A stretch of 64,000 nucleotides of DNA, taken from positions 23,830-87,829 of the forward strand of contig QPMI01000393.1 in NCBI GenBank assembly GCA_004431415.1, read 5' to 3'. Made by a program: the position numbers and the translations under genes. A model generated the notes under the pieces. The model was not told the origin of the DNA and searched no databases. It saw only the letters and a list, made by a program, of their open reading frames with translations. This DNA is from Cyanophora paradoxa CCMP329 (lineage: Eukaryota > Plantae > Glaucophyta). Positions 24,325 to 37,075 of this stretch are shown here, piece after piece (position 1 is the first letter of the stretch; every line of letters starts with the position of its first letter).

Positions 24325-25333
24325 ATGCCTGTGGATTACATCGAAGTGAGCTCTTTCAATACAATTTCGGGAGATGGACCAACTTCGAGTTTTATTGCTC
24401 GCCTCCCCAGCACCTATGAATTTGTGAGAGCAGTAAGACTGGTTTCAGCAGAATTTTATAACAGCATTCCCATGGTGAGTGGTGAAACCAAAGTAGGAGA
24501 TGTGACAATTGATAATGCAATCTACCTTTATTGGTCTGAATATTATTCTGGTGCAGGAAGCACTGGTATTCCAACTGATCGACCTGCTGCTGATTATGAA
24601 TCATGGAAACACATTGTGATAAGTCGCAGCACACCCATTCAAAACCACCAACAACTGGTGAATGTAATTAACTCCAAACTTGCATTGAGAGAGCCACCAG
24701 TAGCAATTCGCTGTAAATGGGATGATACACTGAAACGAGTAATATTCCATTCCACCATACCGTTTTACCTGGCTTTCTCAACTGCAATAAACCCAACCCA
24801 GGCGCAGATTCAGAGGTTTTTGAGTTCTGCTCGACTGCTTGGTCTTGATCCTGGGAGATATGGTAACACCCCAATCCAATCACAAGTTTATAATACTCTG
24901 ACTGATGGTATCTTTACTGGGTCGATGGTGCATGGTATCATATCTTCATTTGAACCTGAAAAGACCAGGATAGTGTTCTGTTTGTGAGAGTAAAGGAGTT
25001 GGGTGATCTGGTTCAATGTGGTGATGGTCTCCTCACTGGATATTTCCACAAAATCGTTGTTCCAGATAAAGATTATGGTGAGCATGTCGTTTATAATTCG
25101 ACAGAAGCCATCCGATTTATAAATACTATAACAAGAATCTGGGACTTTCCACATTTTCGGTTGATATTGTGAATGCAGTTAATGAACCAATTGATTTCGA
25201 GGGTCAACCTGTCCACCTCACCTTCGAAATTCGATATGGTGATGAACCTGCTGGTGATCCTGTGTACGAATACTTCAAGAGGAGAATGGCGGAAACACAT
25301 CCATCTTATCCGGTTATTGCGAATTTTGCGTAA
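24325..25333 (+). CDS. Minor capsid (penton) protein 2, two frameshifts
   Basis: IEVSS...LPSTYEFVRAVRLVSAEFYNSI and C-terminal VDIVNAVNEPIDFEGQPVHLTFEI resemble penton 1. Confidence 0.65.
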
Positions 25334-25387
25334 AATCAAGGATCATTGGTGAATTTTTTATGTTGCAGTATAATAAAAGAGATAATC

Positions 25388-26760
25388 ATGGATATTACTT
25401 CGACCCTCCAACGTCTTTCTCTGAAAGAAGCTCTAACAACCCCGGAAGAAGCCAAGGCGTTCTTCTTGGACAACTCTCTCATGCTTGGTCTTGAATCCAA
25501 GTCGAAGCCAGTTCTTGTTGTTGTGAACCCAAGCAACACTTTCGAGAATAATGCTGGAAATCGCATTTCTTTCAAGCTCCCTCGCTACAATTTCTGTGGA
25601 AAACTCGAACTTGCGTTTGACCTTCCAGCTGTCACTTTTGCTGGTGATACCGACCTTGTTCGCAATGGATACGTTCGCCCAGTTGGTGCTCTTGTCTCTC
25701 GACTTGAAATTACCTATGGATCTTACACCTTCCATGTGCCTTCTGATTTCCTTGCTCATTTCCCTCTTATCTATTACAGTGAGGATCAACTCGCCAAGAA
25801 GAAGCGTTCAATGGGAATGGTTCATGGTATCCCTGCCCATGGAACCAACCGACTTGGTGGGTCATTTTTCACTGAAATCCCAGTCCCATGGCTAAACCAC
25901 TACCTACCTCTTGGTGCTCTCTCAGGAGAAATGGTGGTAACTGTCTGGTTCAAGGATGCTGGAAAGGGTTATGTTGAGACTTCTTATGGTGGTCGTGCTC
26001 TTCCAGTTGTTGGTGGAACAGCTGCTGATAAGACAGAGGATGATGGACTTGGTGCTACTGCTAATGCTACTCTTGCCCATGTTGGTCAACAGATCACCAC
26101 TTTTGGAATTGGTGCAACAACAACCCCGAAATTAAAGTCACTTCTCCTCGTCTTTACATGCATGCTATTAATGTTTCTGATGAACTGTTTGCTACTGTCA
26201 TTGAGAAGGTGAAGACCACTGGTATGGCTATTCCTGCTCTGGATATTGGTTTTGTTGACAGTGTCAATTTTGCTGCAAAAGGCAATGCTCAACCAAATCG
26301 TATTAACCTGTCACAGATCTCTGGTCTTGTCTATGGTCTTCTTGTTTCAGTTCGTGATGCCGCAGGTATTGATGGTTTCAATGGTTCCCACAGTGTCCTA
26401 AAAACGCATGCTAACTCAAAAGACATTACTTTCACTGTTGAAATTAATGGTCAACGTCTCTATGCTACTGAGCCCATCCCTCTCCTCAAAGGTGCCGAAT
26501 TAATTGCGGATGCCTTCAAGTGCTCGAATATGGACAAGGTTGCAGACAAATATGTCCTCAGTGGTCTACCATTCTGTGTTGATGGAGAGAAAGCGATTCG
26601 CAACATTGCCCAGTCTGGCTATGTTGATCTCACGAACTCCTCCTCTTCTTTCCTTACTCTATACATGCCTTCTGACCAGACAATCACAGTTAATGTTCGT
26701 GCTCTCATGCACAGTTTCATTATTGTTGACAAAGATGGTCTTCGTCGCATTAATCTGTAA
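25388..26760 (+). CDS. Double jelly-roll major capsid protein, one frameshift near 26120
   Basis: About 457 aa when joined. Motifs ISFKLPR, LVSRLEITYG, IPVPW..YLPLGAL..EMVVTVWF. Lies between the pentons and the ATPase. Confidence 0.8.
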
Positions 26761-26822
26761 AACCATTATCAGTAACGTTTCGTTATTTTTATCTATCTTT
26801 AATAAGAAAGATCTACAAAGCC

Positions 26823-27604
26823 ATGTCTGACGTTCCCGAATTTAATGCTGCTGAGATGATTAACCCCCTTTTCGCGTATTAGCAATCGGAAAAAGCGCGA
26901 CGGGCAAGTCAGAAGCCGTAAAATATTGGCTAAAACAACTTCACGATGCGAAAAAGTTAGATGTTGTTCTTGTTATAAGTGGGACATCATTCAATCATTT
27001 TTGGGATGATGTCGCAACATTACAGCTCGGTAAATGGGATGCGCCTTACATCGCTAAACTTCTCGATGAAAGACAAGAGAAAATTGAGAAAGGAGAACCC
27101 GTTAATCAATTATGTGTTGTTCTCGATGATCTTATAGACAATGAGATTGTAGACCTTACCCGTGATAAAATTATTGGATCTCTGTATTCGCGCGGCCGCC
27201 ACTCGGCGATTACAATTTTCTGCATAACTCAGAAACTGCGTAAGGTTTCTTCAACCATTCGCGTCAATTCGGATTATGCAATGTTCCTCAGTGCCGCCAA
27301 TCGCAAAGAACTGGAAGCCATTGAAGAAGAATACAATATCATGCGGGATAAAGACGCTTTCTATAAGATGTTTGAGGAATACGTTCACTCCTATCAGTTT
27401 CTCATTTGGAGTTCTGCGAATTATTCGGTGGAATACTACGTTGATAAAGCGGAACTCGTTAAAGACTTTAAGTTTCCTCGGTTCCACAGGAAGCCCAAAA
27501 AGAAAGAGGACGAATTACCACCTCCACAGAAAGAGGAAGCCCCCAAAGAGGTCAAGAGTGGTGTTCATTCGAATAAACTGATGCGATATAAGAGAGGTTT
27601 ATAA
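26823..27604 (+). CDS. A32/FtsK-like DNA packaging ATPase, one frameshift near 26865
   Basis: Walker A IGKSATGKS, Walker B CVVLDD, RGRH...ITQ...IRVNSDY. In frame with ORF 27281..27604. Confidence 0.9.
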
Positions 27605-27632
27605 AATAATCTCTGCTTCTAATAAATATACA

Positions 27633-28367
27633 ATGCCTTCCAAACGCAAAGTTGGTGTTCCTGCTGGTGCTATGTCATATTCTGCATCCTCTGGAACCGG
27701 TTCTATTAACACAGAGCCCATGAAATTCAATGGTGTCAATGAAGTTAAAGCATCACAGCAACAAGAAGATCCCCTCAATGCTGCTTACGAAGAATCACCA
27801 GATGATAAAGCGCCCCAGACATCCACCAGTGATCAACTCAATATTTCGCCCGAAACCTCTAAGATGAAGGCAGTTGGTGAAGGTGCTCGTCGAATTATTG
27901 GTGCTGCTGATGACAAAGGACTGGGTCTCCAAGATCTCTCACTTGCTCGCAAAGGTGAAGGTGTCTCCAAGGAATCAGACAAGGTAATTCAATCCATGGC
28001 TGGTGAGGTGACCTACAAGGTCGCACCTACACAGAATATCCACCGAATTCCCAAAGCCCAATGGGACGAAATGACTGCGAAACTGAAAGATCTGGAAGCG
28101 AAATCCAGTGCTCTTGAACAGTATGTCTCTGAGAAGAAAGAGAGAGCGAAATTGAAGGAGATGCTGCGAAAGGAGGTGTATAGAATGGGAATTACTGGTC
28201 TCCCAGATAAGCAATTCATTGGTAAGAAAGAGACTCAAATTGATGAGCAGGCAGTTGATGAGATGAAGACGAAAACCCAGAAGGGCACCATTGAACCTGG
28301 TGCTACCAAAGCAGAGGTCGACAAAGGTGTTGCCCCCACAGTATATAAACGACGAGTATGGCTTTAA
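27633..28367 (+). CDS. Viral hypothetical protein, charged/coiled-coil
   Basis: Intact 244-aa ORF tightly packed in the gene array. Confidence 0.7.
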   Translation: MPSKRKVGVPAGAMSYSASSGTGSINTEPMKFNGVNEVKASQQQEDPLNAAYEESPDDKAPQTSTSDQLNISPETSKMKAVGEGARRIIGAADDKGLGLQDLSLARKGEGVSKESDKVIQSMAGEVTYKVAPTQNIHRIPKAQWDEMTAKLKDLEAKSSALEQYVSEKKERAKLKEMLRKEVYRMGITGLPDKQFIGKKETQIDEQAVDEMKTKTQKGTIEPGATKAEVDKGVAPTVYKRRVWL

Positions 28368-28394
28368 TTATCTCGCATTAAGAGAGAGAGCATC

Positions 28395-28628
28395 ATGGAT
28401 TTCTTGCGAAAAATCATAGAGATGTTTAATCTCCACATTGTGAGCAATTGTCACAGTGGCTGCTGTGATACAAAAGTCGAAATCGAATTCTCTGACACTG
28501 AAAGTCATGGATCTGGTGGTAGGCGATTATCCACAGACTCGGTGGATTTCGAGGAGCATATTAAAACAGAGACTGTGAGGCGACGCTCTGTATCTTTCAC
28601 AGATCCGAAATTAAATCTCGGTAATTAA
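28395..28628 (+). CDS. Small viral protein with CHSGCC motif
   Basis: 77-aa ORF starting 27 bp after the previous stop. Confidence 0.55.
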   Translation: MDFLRKIIEMFNLHIVSNCHSGCCDTKVEIEFSDTESHGSGGRRLSTDSVDFEEHIKTETVRRRSVSFTDPKLNLGN

Positions 28629-28828
28629 TATCGAATGCTCAGTCTCTCTGAGATCTATGCTATCCTTGAAAGGAAATCCGCTGAATATGCAACAGAAGAC
28701 GCAATAAAAAAGCGTAGACAGGAACTGGTCTCGATCTGCAAAAAATGACAAGGGATTTAAGGGTAAGGTGTGTTTGATTGGTGAACCGGACAAATTATTT
28801 TCTCGTCCCATTATAAGGAACATATCAA

Positions 28829-29056
28829 ATGGAAACTGAATCTGTGGTCGAATTCGAACTTGCAATGAGCGAGGTGGATCCCAATGAGAGGAAAAGGTTG
28901 TATGACCGCTTGTATTTCCAGAAACGCTATCAAGATGAGGAATTTCGAGAATTATATCGTAAAAAGGCACTGGAACGATATTATCGCAGGAAAGCTGCTG
29001 AGATGGATCCCAATAATCCAGTGAAACGCCCAGTAGGTCGTCCCAGAAAATACTGA
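28829..29056 (+). CDS. Small basic DNA-binding protein with C-terminal AT-hook
   Basis: KRPVGRPRKY AT-hook preceded by an R/K/Y-rich helix. Confidence 0.7.
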   Translation: METESVVEFELAMSEVDPNERKRLYDRLYFQKRYQDEEFRELYRKKALERYYRRKAAEMDPNNPVKRPVGRPRKY

Positions 29057-29249
29057 ACCGCCCCAAAGTCCCAGATATCCGCTGAATCCTTTTTGTTACC
29101 ATGATCAATCGACTTTTCGATGGATCATTACCATACATCGAGCGCCAATCGGAGAACCCAAAGGTATTTAAAGGTTAGGCGCCAAAAAATGACAAGCGAC
29201 CGGAGAAATTAATTTCTCCATTAAGGATAAGAAGCCCCCGATTGTTGAA

Positions 29250-31612
29250 ATGAACGCTGCCGCCAAGAAATCCCTGAAACGCCTTGTTGAATGGCTTCGT
29301 GAAGACGATGTCCTGTCTGAGAATATCGTTATTCCTGTTGATCCTGATACCAAAAAGCCACTTTTCGCTCATAAAGACGGAACCTGGTCTTGGGATAAAT
29401 TCGATGAAGCCCTGAAATCCGGTAAATATACTGCTTGGGGCATTCTCGCTCGTAATATCCTGGTAATTGACTTCGACCAAGAGGAGGATTTCGCCAAATT
29501 CGAGGAGCAATTCCCTGATGATTTCGGTGGTGTTAATCCTCTTGCTAAAACCAAAAAAGGATATCATGCATTCTTCGCTCGACCTGCTGAATTCGACACC
29601 ATTAAGATCTGGGATAAAGCGGGTGCATTCAAAGGAAACCCAAGATCGACTGCAAAACGATTGCATCCACTGGGACTGCTGGGGTGATTAATGTTTGCCC
29701 CAGTCCCAACAAAACATGGATCAGAGAGCCATGGGCATCTGAGTGTGAGTTAAATGAACCCACTGCTGAGTTGCAAAAGTGGATTGTTGAAAACTACGAA
29801 TTCCCCAAAGGTGCACATTCTTATTATGCAAGGTGCGCTGAGGAGAATTTGCAGAAACATATTCTTTCTAAACTCGAAGAATTCGGTTTCATCTTGCCCA
29901 CAATCATCAATGAGACCAAGATGGGATACAATTTCACTGCTGAGAACAAAGGTCTGGTCTGTCCCTGCTGCAAGGGAAGCCATGACTCGAACAATTGGTA
30001 TATTGTTCAAGGGAAGGAGAAGGACAAATATATTGTTTCGAGTTACAGTGCAAACTGCAAGAAGCGACTTATCACAATTCGTGTGAAGGAAGAGACAGAT
30101 GCGAATATCGAAAATCTGATTGATCGGTCTGCTGGATCTGATGGTGCCCATTATGATGTTGCACAGGTTGCCTATCTTGTTCTGCAAGACAAATACAAGT
30201 ATTCCAACAAGACCTGGTTCAAGTTCAATGATGTATGTGGGATTTGGGAGATGGATGAAACTGGGAAGCGAATCTTTCTCTGTTTGAGCTGCAAGGTCTG
30301 TCCAGTTTATCTTCAACGTTCTGTTCAACTCGCACAGAGAGCTCTTCGTGATGAAGAGAACCGCAATTCCTTGGAGGAAAGGTCAAAGATTCTGCTGGGA
30401 ATTGCTAAGAGCCTCAAACAGACTACATACAGAACTGCACTTATGTCTGATCTTTCAGTTCTGTTCAGTGACAAGACCTTTTTCGAGAGACTTGATACTG
30501 TTCCCAATATCATTGGATTCACAAATGGTGTGTTTGACTTGAACTCCATGACTTTTCGAAAGGGACTCCCAGATGATATGGTGAGCAAGACTGTCGGCTA
30601 CGATTATACCACAGAAATCGACCAAGAGAAGGTTGCAAAGATTAAATCCATCTATGCAGACATTATTGAATCGGATACAGACCGCGAATTCATGCTGGGA
30701 TTAATCGCCTATGCCCTGAGTGGTTTGACAGAAAATCAGAGATACACTTGCTGGACTGGAATTGGAGCAAATGGGAAATCACTGCTCCAAGAGTTGGTGA
30801 AAGACACATTTGGTGAGTATTATGGGTCACTGGACATGACATATTGGACTAAACCCAAGAAGAGTTCGTCAGAGGCTTCCCCAGAACTCGCTTGCATTCT
30901 TGGTAAACGAATTGTTTTCAGTAATGAAGCAGAAGATGGTGACATGCTTCAACTGAACAAAATCAAACAGGTTACTGGTGGGAATGAGATGAAGGTTCGA
31001 GCTCTTTTCAAAGATCTTGTTACATTCATTCCCATGTTCCAGTTGTTCTTGTCCACAAATGACAACCTGGGAATCAGTAAACCAGATGCAGCAATCCAAA
31101 GGCGAATTATCTACTACCGATTCGAAAATGTCTTCAAGGTCGATCCTCAGCCTGGTGAGAAGAAAGCAGATACCACTCTAATGCGCCTAATGAAGAATGA
31201 TGACGATTATAAAATGGCGCATATGTCCATTCTCCTGGAAATGTGGAGAACCCATTCTCTCAATGAATTCGTCACCAAACCACCCCAGTCCATTGTTGAT
31301 CAAGGTGTTGAATATTTCAATGAGAATGACAAGATTGGAGAATGGATTCGTGAGAGTTATGAACTCACCAAGAGTCAAGGGGATTTCGCCACAAGTGAGT
31401 CCATTATCAGTCACTTTAAGATGGATCACATGGGCAAATATGATGAGAAAATCACAGAATGCACTATCTTGAAGAGACTTCGCGAAGTCTTTAATGTGAA
31501 GGCTGAGAGAAAGCGAGTCAATGGTGTTCTTGCTCGTGGCTACTTTGGGATCAAAAAGAAGCATAGTCGCAAGTTGGTGGATGACAGTGATGTTGAAGGT
31601 GGGGATGAGTAA
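29250..31612 (+). CDS. Primase-polymerase / Zn-binding / D5-like SF3 helicase fusion, one frameshift near 29640
   Basis: Prim-pol motifs VIDFD, TKKGYH, IDCKT..TGTAGVINVCPS. CPCCKGSH. D5_N IGFTNGVFDL. Walker A TGIGANGKS, Walker B VFSNE, motif C STN. Confidence 0.9.
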
Positions 31613-31679
31613 ATAAACAGAATCGATTCTAATACTGATTGAATTTCTTATTTTTTAAAAACCTTACTGTAAATGGTTT

Positions 31680-31822
31680 GTGTGACAGCTGTGACACCTT
31701 TTTAATTGAGTGTGACGCCTGTGACGCCTGTGACGCCTACTTTCAAACTTTTTAAAATTTCAAAAATCTACAAACCTCTGAAAACAGGTGTCACAGGCGT
31801 CACAGGCGTCACACCCAATTAA
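31680..31822. promoter_or_regulatory. Internal copy of the TIR iteron cassette downstream of the helicase
   Basis: tgtgacgcct x3, ttttaaaatttcaaaaa, gtcacaggc x3; same orientation as the right-TIR copies. Confidence 0.65.
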
Positions 31823-31965
31823 CCACAGACTCCCCCCTGTGGGTCGATGACTTTTTCGATTCTTTATCGGACAATATAAAAACGTATCGTAAATCGGTGT
31901 GTTTTGACAAAAATTGACTGGCGATTTAAGGGATCATTGCGTTTTCCCTTTGACTTTGACAGAAC

Positions 31966-32157
31966 ATGGATTATTTCGACGAAATTCAGCGGCAGCTGGT
32001 CGAAAAGAATGATATTGCAGAGGTAGCGGAATATATTGCAAAGATCAGAGCCAGTAATGGTATACCATATCAAAAGAAGCGATTGTATGCAAGCAGACTC
32101 GACACAGTAAATGTATATGTCCCCAAAGGCACGAATGTGCGAATCATTAGAACCTGA
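31966..32157 (+). CDS. Small viral hypothetical protein
   Basis: 63-aa ATG ORF between the iteron cassette and PolB. Confidence 0.45.
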   Translation: MDYFDEIQRQLVEKNDIAEVAEYIAKIRASNGIPYQKKRLYASRLDTVNVYVPKGTNVRIIRT

Positions 32158-32213
32158 AAAATGCGAAATGCGTTCAAATTGCCCAAAAATAATATGTTCC
32201 CTTAAAGTAAAAG

Positions 32214-35200
32214 ATGCCCCGCCAATCCAATAGAATCATCAAAGAAAAGAAAAACGAAATACTCGGTCTTTTAGGAACCCTTTTAGTCACTGGTGATATT
32301 ACAGAATTCGAATATGATCGCCAGGCAGCAATCCTGGATAGGAGACCAAGGTTATCTCAACTCACAGAAATTACAAATCGCCTCTATGATCGTTTTGAGA
32401 AAATGGAGGAATTCAGGGATGAAGGTTTAAGGTTGGGAACAATTGAACCCGAGATTGAGGATGGGGAAGCAATGAACAAAGCATATTCTTGGTTAACCTA
32501 TCGAGCAAGAGGGGAGGTTATCCAAGATGGGATTGAATTCTTGGAGAGAATTGCAACTACTCTACCTCAGAGACTCAGACAGAAACTCCAAGACCTGAGA
32601 GCAATTAAGACTCGGTTGACCTTCATCTGTAAATTCACCAAAGTGAGTGATCCAAGGGTGTGGATCACCAAATTCATTTACAGTGATTACTTTGTCATCA
32701 CAAGATCACGAAATATTGATGTTGAACTGCGAAATGCCCTTCAATCTATGCAGGAACAGATGATGCAGGTTGACAGTTACAGACTGGATCGCATTGAGAT
32801 GCTGAGAGTGGTAATAATGTCTTATGCTCCTGTGGGTGGTTGCTTCTTCTCAACTCCTGAGTGGATTGGATCAAAGAGAGCAACTGTGAATGTGAAGAAT
32901 ATTGATGGTCAAGACTGCTTCAAGTATGCAATCTTGGCTTACCTGCACCGAAATGATATTAATAAACACAAGAGCAATGAACCCAGCCAGTATAGAAGAT
33001 GGTTAAACGAACTCAATTTCGAAGGCATCCAGTTTCCAGTTGCCTGTGATGCAGAGGTTATTGATCGATTTGAGGAGCAGAACCCTGAACTGAGTATCAA
33101 CATTTATGGTGCAGATAATCAAGCACAGTGTTTCTATCCTCTCCATCAATCCAGCAACCCAGGAGAAAGACCAAGATTAACCTTTTATTAATCGAAAACG
33201 AAGAGGATGATAGAGGGCATTATATCACCATCATGTCTCTGAGTAGACTTCTGAAAACCACCTTTGATAAAGCCCATGATGGTCGCATCTATTACTGTGA
33301 GACCTGTCTGTCTCGTTTCAGAACTCAGGAGAAGCTGGATGTTCATATAGATGCGAATCGTTGCATTGATTGGAGGGAGAGCAAAGGTAAATGCCCGAAA
33401 TCTGGAAGTCACATTGCATTTGGGCTTCAACACCTTCGCAAAACTGTGTGGCTTCCCACTATCTGCTATGTGAAAATGGACAGTCACTCGGTTCCAATTG
33501 ATGAGAACCGCAGTAAAAGAGAGGTCAAATCGGTTTCTTTAACAGTTGTGATGGGGATGAGGTGATCTCTCATTATTTCGAGGGATCAGATCCACTTGGT
33601 GCTCTGTTTACCACTCTCACAGAGATCAGACCCCAAGTAATCCGCACTCTATTCACCAATATTCCAATGCACCCACTCACAGAAGAGCAGAAAGCACAAT
33701 ACAAGATCACTAAACACTGTTATATCTGTGCTGAACGATTTACCCATGAGAATTTCCCAGTGAGAGACCATTGTCATCAATCAGGAGCTTTTATTGGAAA
33801 GCATGTCGAAACTGCAACCTCCACAGGAGAATCTCAAAGCAAACGAAAGTAGCAATTGTGGTAGATCACATGGATGAATGTGGACACGAAATATTCCGCA
33901 AAATTGCACAGCAAGATGATAAACTTCGTGTTGAGATCCTGAGCAAGAATTTCGATCAATACCTCTCCCTGCAATGGGGCATGTGGAAATTCATAGATGC
34001 TTCGCATTTCATGGACTTCCAGGCAGTGGATGCAAGTGATCTAATGGGTAAATTCCAGACATTCCGAGAATTGGCGTTTTCCCAATATGGATTGGATCCT
34101 GCCCATTATGTTTCGGCTCCTGGATTATCCTGGGATGCAATGCTAATTTATACCAGAGCAAAGATAGAGCAGATCAGTGATGTAGGGCAATACGAATTTA
34201 TTGAGAGGGCAATTCGAGGTGGGTTTGCTACAATGCCTACTCGATATGCAAAGGTGGAAAACCCAGATGACCATATAGTTCTCTTGGATGCAAATAATCT
34301 GTATGGTTATGCTCTCAGTCAAGAACTGCCCATTGGCGATTTTCGATGGGAAGATGTCACAGAGGCACTTAAAGAGACCCAAGGACGAAGTGCCTTTATT
34401 GAAGTAGACCTGGAATACCCACAAACTCTCACAGATCATTACGATTTTCCACTTGTAGTTAATAAAGAACATGTCACCACCGAAATGCTGGGTGGGTATC
34501 AAAGAAAGTTACTGGATATCACAGGTGAGAAGATAAGCAAAGACCCCAAACTCACAGCAACATTCACACCCAAAACCAATTATGTAATCTCCCAACCTCT
34601 CTTGGTCTATCTTGTGAGCAAAGGTATTACTATTAAGAAGGTTCACAGGGTGCTCTCATTTGCAACCTCTGCATTTATGAAGAGTTACATTGATCTAAAT
34701 ACGAAACTGAGGCGACAATCTGCGACCAGATTCGAGAGTGACTTCTTTAAGTTAATGAACAATGCAATCTATGGTAAATGCCTCGAATCATGCAGGGGTC
34801 GATCTGTGGTGAAGATTGCTAATAGTGAGAAACTCTGCAAGAAATATGCTGCAAGTCCACTCATCAAGGCGACCAATGTATTAAACGAAAATGCTGTTGC
34901 CTTTGAGATGTATTCCAAGCATGTTCACTTAGATAAACCAGTTGCAATTGGGGCTTTTGTGCTGGATTTTGCGAAACTCCATAATAGCAGGTTCTTTTAT
35001 GATGTGGTGAGGAGAACTTGGGAAACAGCAGAGCTACTATTCCATGATACAGATTCTTTCTGTCTACTGCTGCATACCAATGATCTAAATAATGAGATGA
35101 AGCGAATTTCTGAACACCTGGATTGCAGTAATTATGATCCTGCTCACCCTCTCTTTGATAGGAGCAATCGTTTGATTCCAGGTAAATATAAAAACGAGTT

Positions 35201-35491
35201 TCCCAATGCAAAGATTGTGGAGTATGTAGGTCTGAGATCGAAACTCTATGCTTTCAGAACTGAGACCTTTGACAAAATAAAAATGTCTGGAACCTCCTCA
35301 AAAGAGGTTACTTTGATGATTTCAAGAGATGCCTGTTTGAAGGCATCACCAAAACAGTAGCAGTAGTAAACAAGCGAAGGCAAGACCACAACCTATATGA
35401 TTTGGAGAGCAGAAGGGTGGCTCTAAACCAACTCGATAGCAAAAGGAAGATATTAGACGATGGAATTCACAGCATTCCATTTGGGCTCTAA
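32214..35491 (+). CDS. polB: Protein-primed family B DNA polymerase (terminal protein region, vOTU-like, endonuclease VII-like, polymerase), four frameshifts
   Basis: DCFKYAIL...GHY; CYIC..DHCH..ACRNCNL; LDPAHY..PGLSWDA; IRGG; DANNLYG; KLMNNAIYGK; DTDS; KLY; C-terminus LDSKRKILDDGIHSIPFGL*. Confidence 0.93.
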
Positions 35492-35674
35492 TCTACTTCA
35501 TTGATCTTTCTTTTTCTTTGGTTTCGCTCTCCAAGAAGTAACAAACCGCGAATTAAATGCAGCAGCCATATACATCTTAATCCTGGATCATTGGGCTCAA
35601 TTGCAAAGTAGTTGGGAATTGTGTTCTCCTTCCACACAGAGTCTTGCATTTATTATATGAGAGATAAGGTAAAG

Positions 35675-37074
35675 ATGCCTTCTACACAAATAGGATTGAG
35701 ACAACCACCAAGAATTGTGAGAAAAGAGGCAATTGAAGATCGAGGGAATATTCTGCCCATCACAGTTCCAGTGGAGGAGAAGAGCAGTCGAATATTGAAA
35801 AGATCAGAGATGGTCAAGCAATTAATCCCAGAGACCCTCCCAGCTGAGACAGCACCAAAAGAGTCGAAGATTGCTAAGAAGTTCTATGATCCCAGGACAG
35901 GCTACAAGGGATTTACTGCAATGAGACAGGAACTACCAGAGGAGAACTACAAGAAAATGAGAGAATGGTATGATAAGCAGGAGGTTGTCCAAATTAATGC
36001 ACCTACCCTATCTCGAAAGAGAGATCCCATGATTCCAATTAGGCAACCCCTTGATACATATGTGATTGATCTGCTCTTCTTTCCTGCATACAAAAAGCAG
36101 AATGATGGTTATGATACATTTATGAGTGCAATGGAATCAACCCTGAGAACAGGGTTCATTATTCCAATGAGAGACAAAAGTGCTCTTACTACACTTGCAG
36201 CATTCAAGCAACTTGAACAGAGAGTCCCCAGACCAATTGTTCGCATTCAGAGTGATAGTGGAAGCGAATTTACCAATGTGTTATTCACAGATTATTTGGG
36301 AACGAAATTCATTGAGCATCAACTAAGTGATGTTGCAGATCACAGAACCCAAGGTCGGATTGAAGCCTTTAACAGACAGATCAAGAGATTAATCACAAAC
36401 TACTGCATTGCAAATAATACTGCACGATTTTTTGATGTGTTGGGTGATATTGAGTATAATTATAATAATACCATCCACTCTGCAACCAAGAGAAAACCAG
36501 CAGAGACCACAGAAGCCCACTACAAAGAGATAGTGAATATGGAGGATCAGAGATTCAAGAAATCGATTGAGTATCTTGATGCTCTGAAACCTGGAATGTT
36601 TGTGAGAGTGAAAGTTGAAAAGAATCCATTTGCAAAGCAGGGTGTTAATTGGTCTCGAATTGTTTATAGTGTGGAGGGCAGAGAGGGCTTCAAATTCAGA
36701 ATCAGAAGTCCCAGTGGTGAGATAGTTGATGGTAGATTCGCTTTTCATGAACTGCTTCCCATTAAAGGTGTTGAGTATCATGAAACTCCCACAGTGGATG
36801 CCCTTGAACAGGCAAAAGAGGAAGCCAGGGTTGATTCAGCAATCAGAAAGGAGGGCATAGAAAAAGCAAGTGAAGTTCCAAAAGAACCCTCACAGAAGCA
36901 AGAGCACAAAAGAAGGGCAGAGTAGAGAAAGAGTTGAAGAAGTTGACCATAGCAGGAACCCAGAAATTATCAGAAGTTAACAGTCAGAGATGGTATAATG
37001 ACTTTTCAACCACCAAGGAAACATATACTGCACCCCAAACTCGATTTAATTTACGAAGTGGTCAGAGGAAATAG
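35675..37074 (+). CDS. Retroviral-like (rve) DDE integrase; probable frameshift near 36890 extends the ORF from 36925 to 37074
   Basis: DDE triad in VIDL, QSDSGSEF and IEAFNR. YNNTIHSA. VRV..KNPFAK..NWS. Consistent with the 6-bp TSD. Confidence 0.92.
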
Positions 37075-37075
37075 A

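Noticed and set aside
27633-28367. Candidate maturation protease
   Set aside because: No His/Cys catalytic motifs; the protein is charged and has no Cys.
23365-37074. Programmed frameshifting or micro-introns in viral core genes
   Set aside because: No shared slippery or splice motif; single missing bases in short homopolymers explain them more simply.
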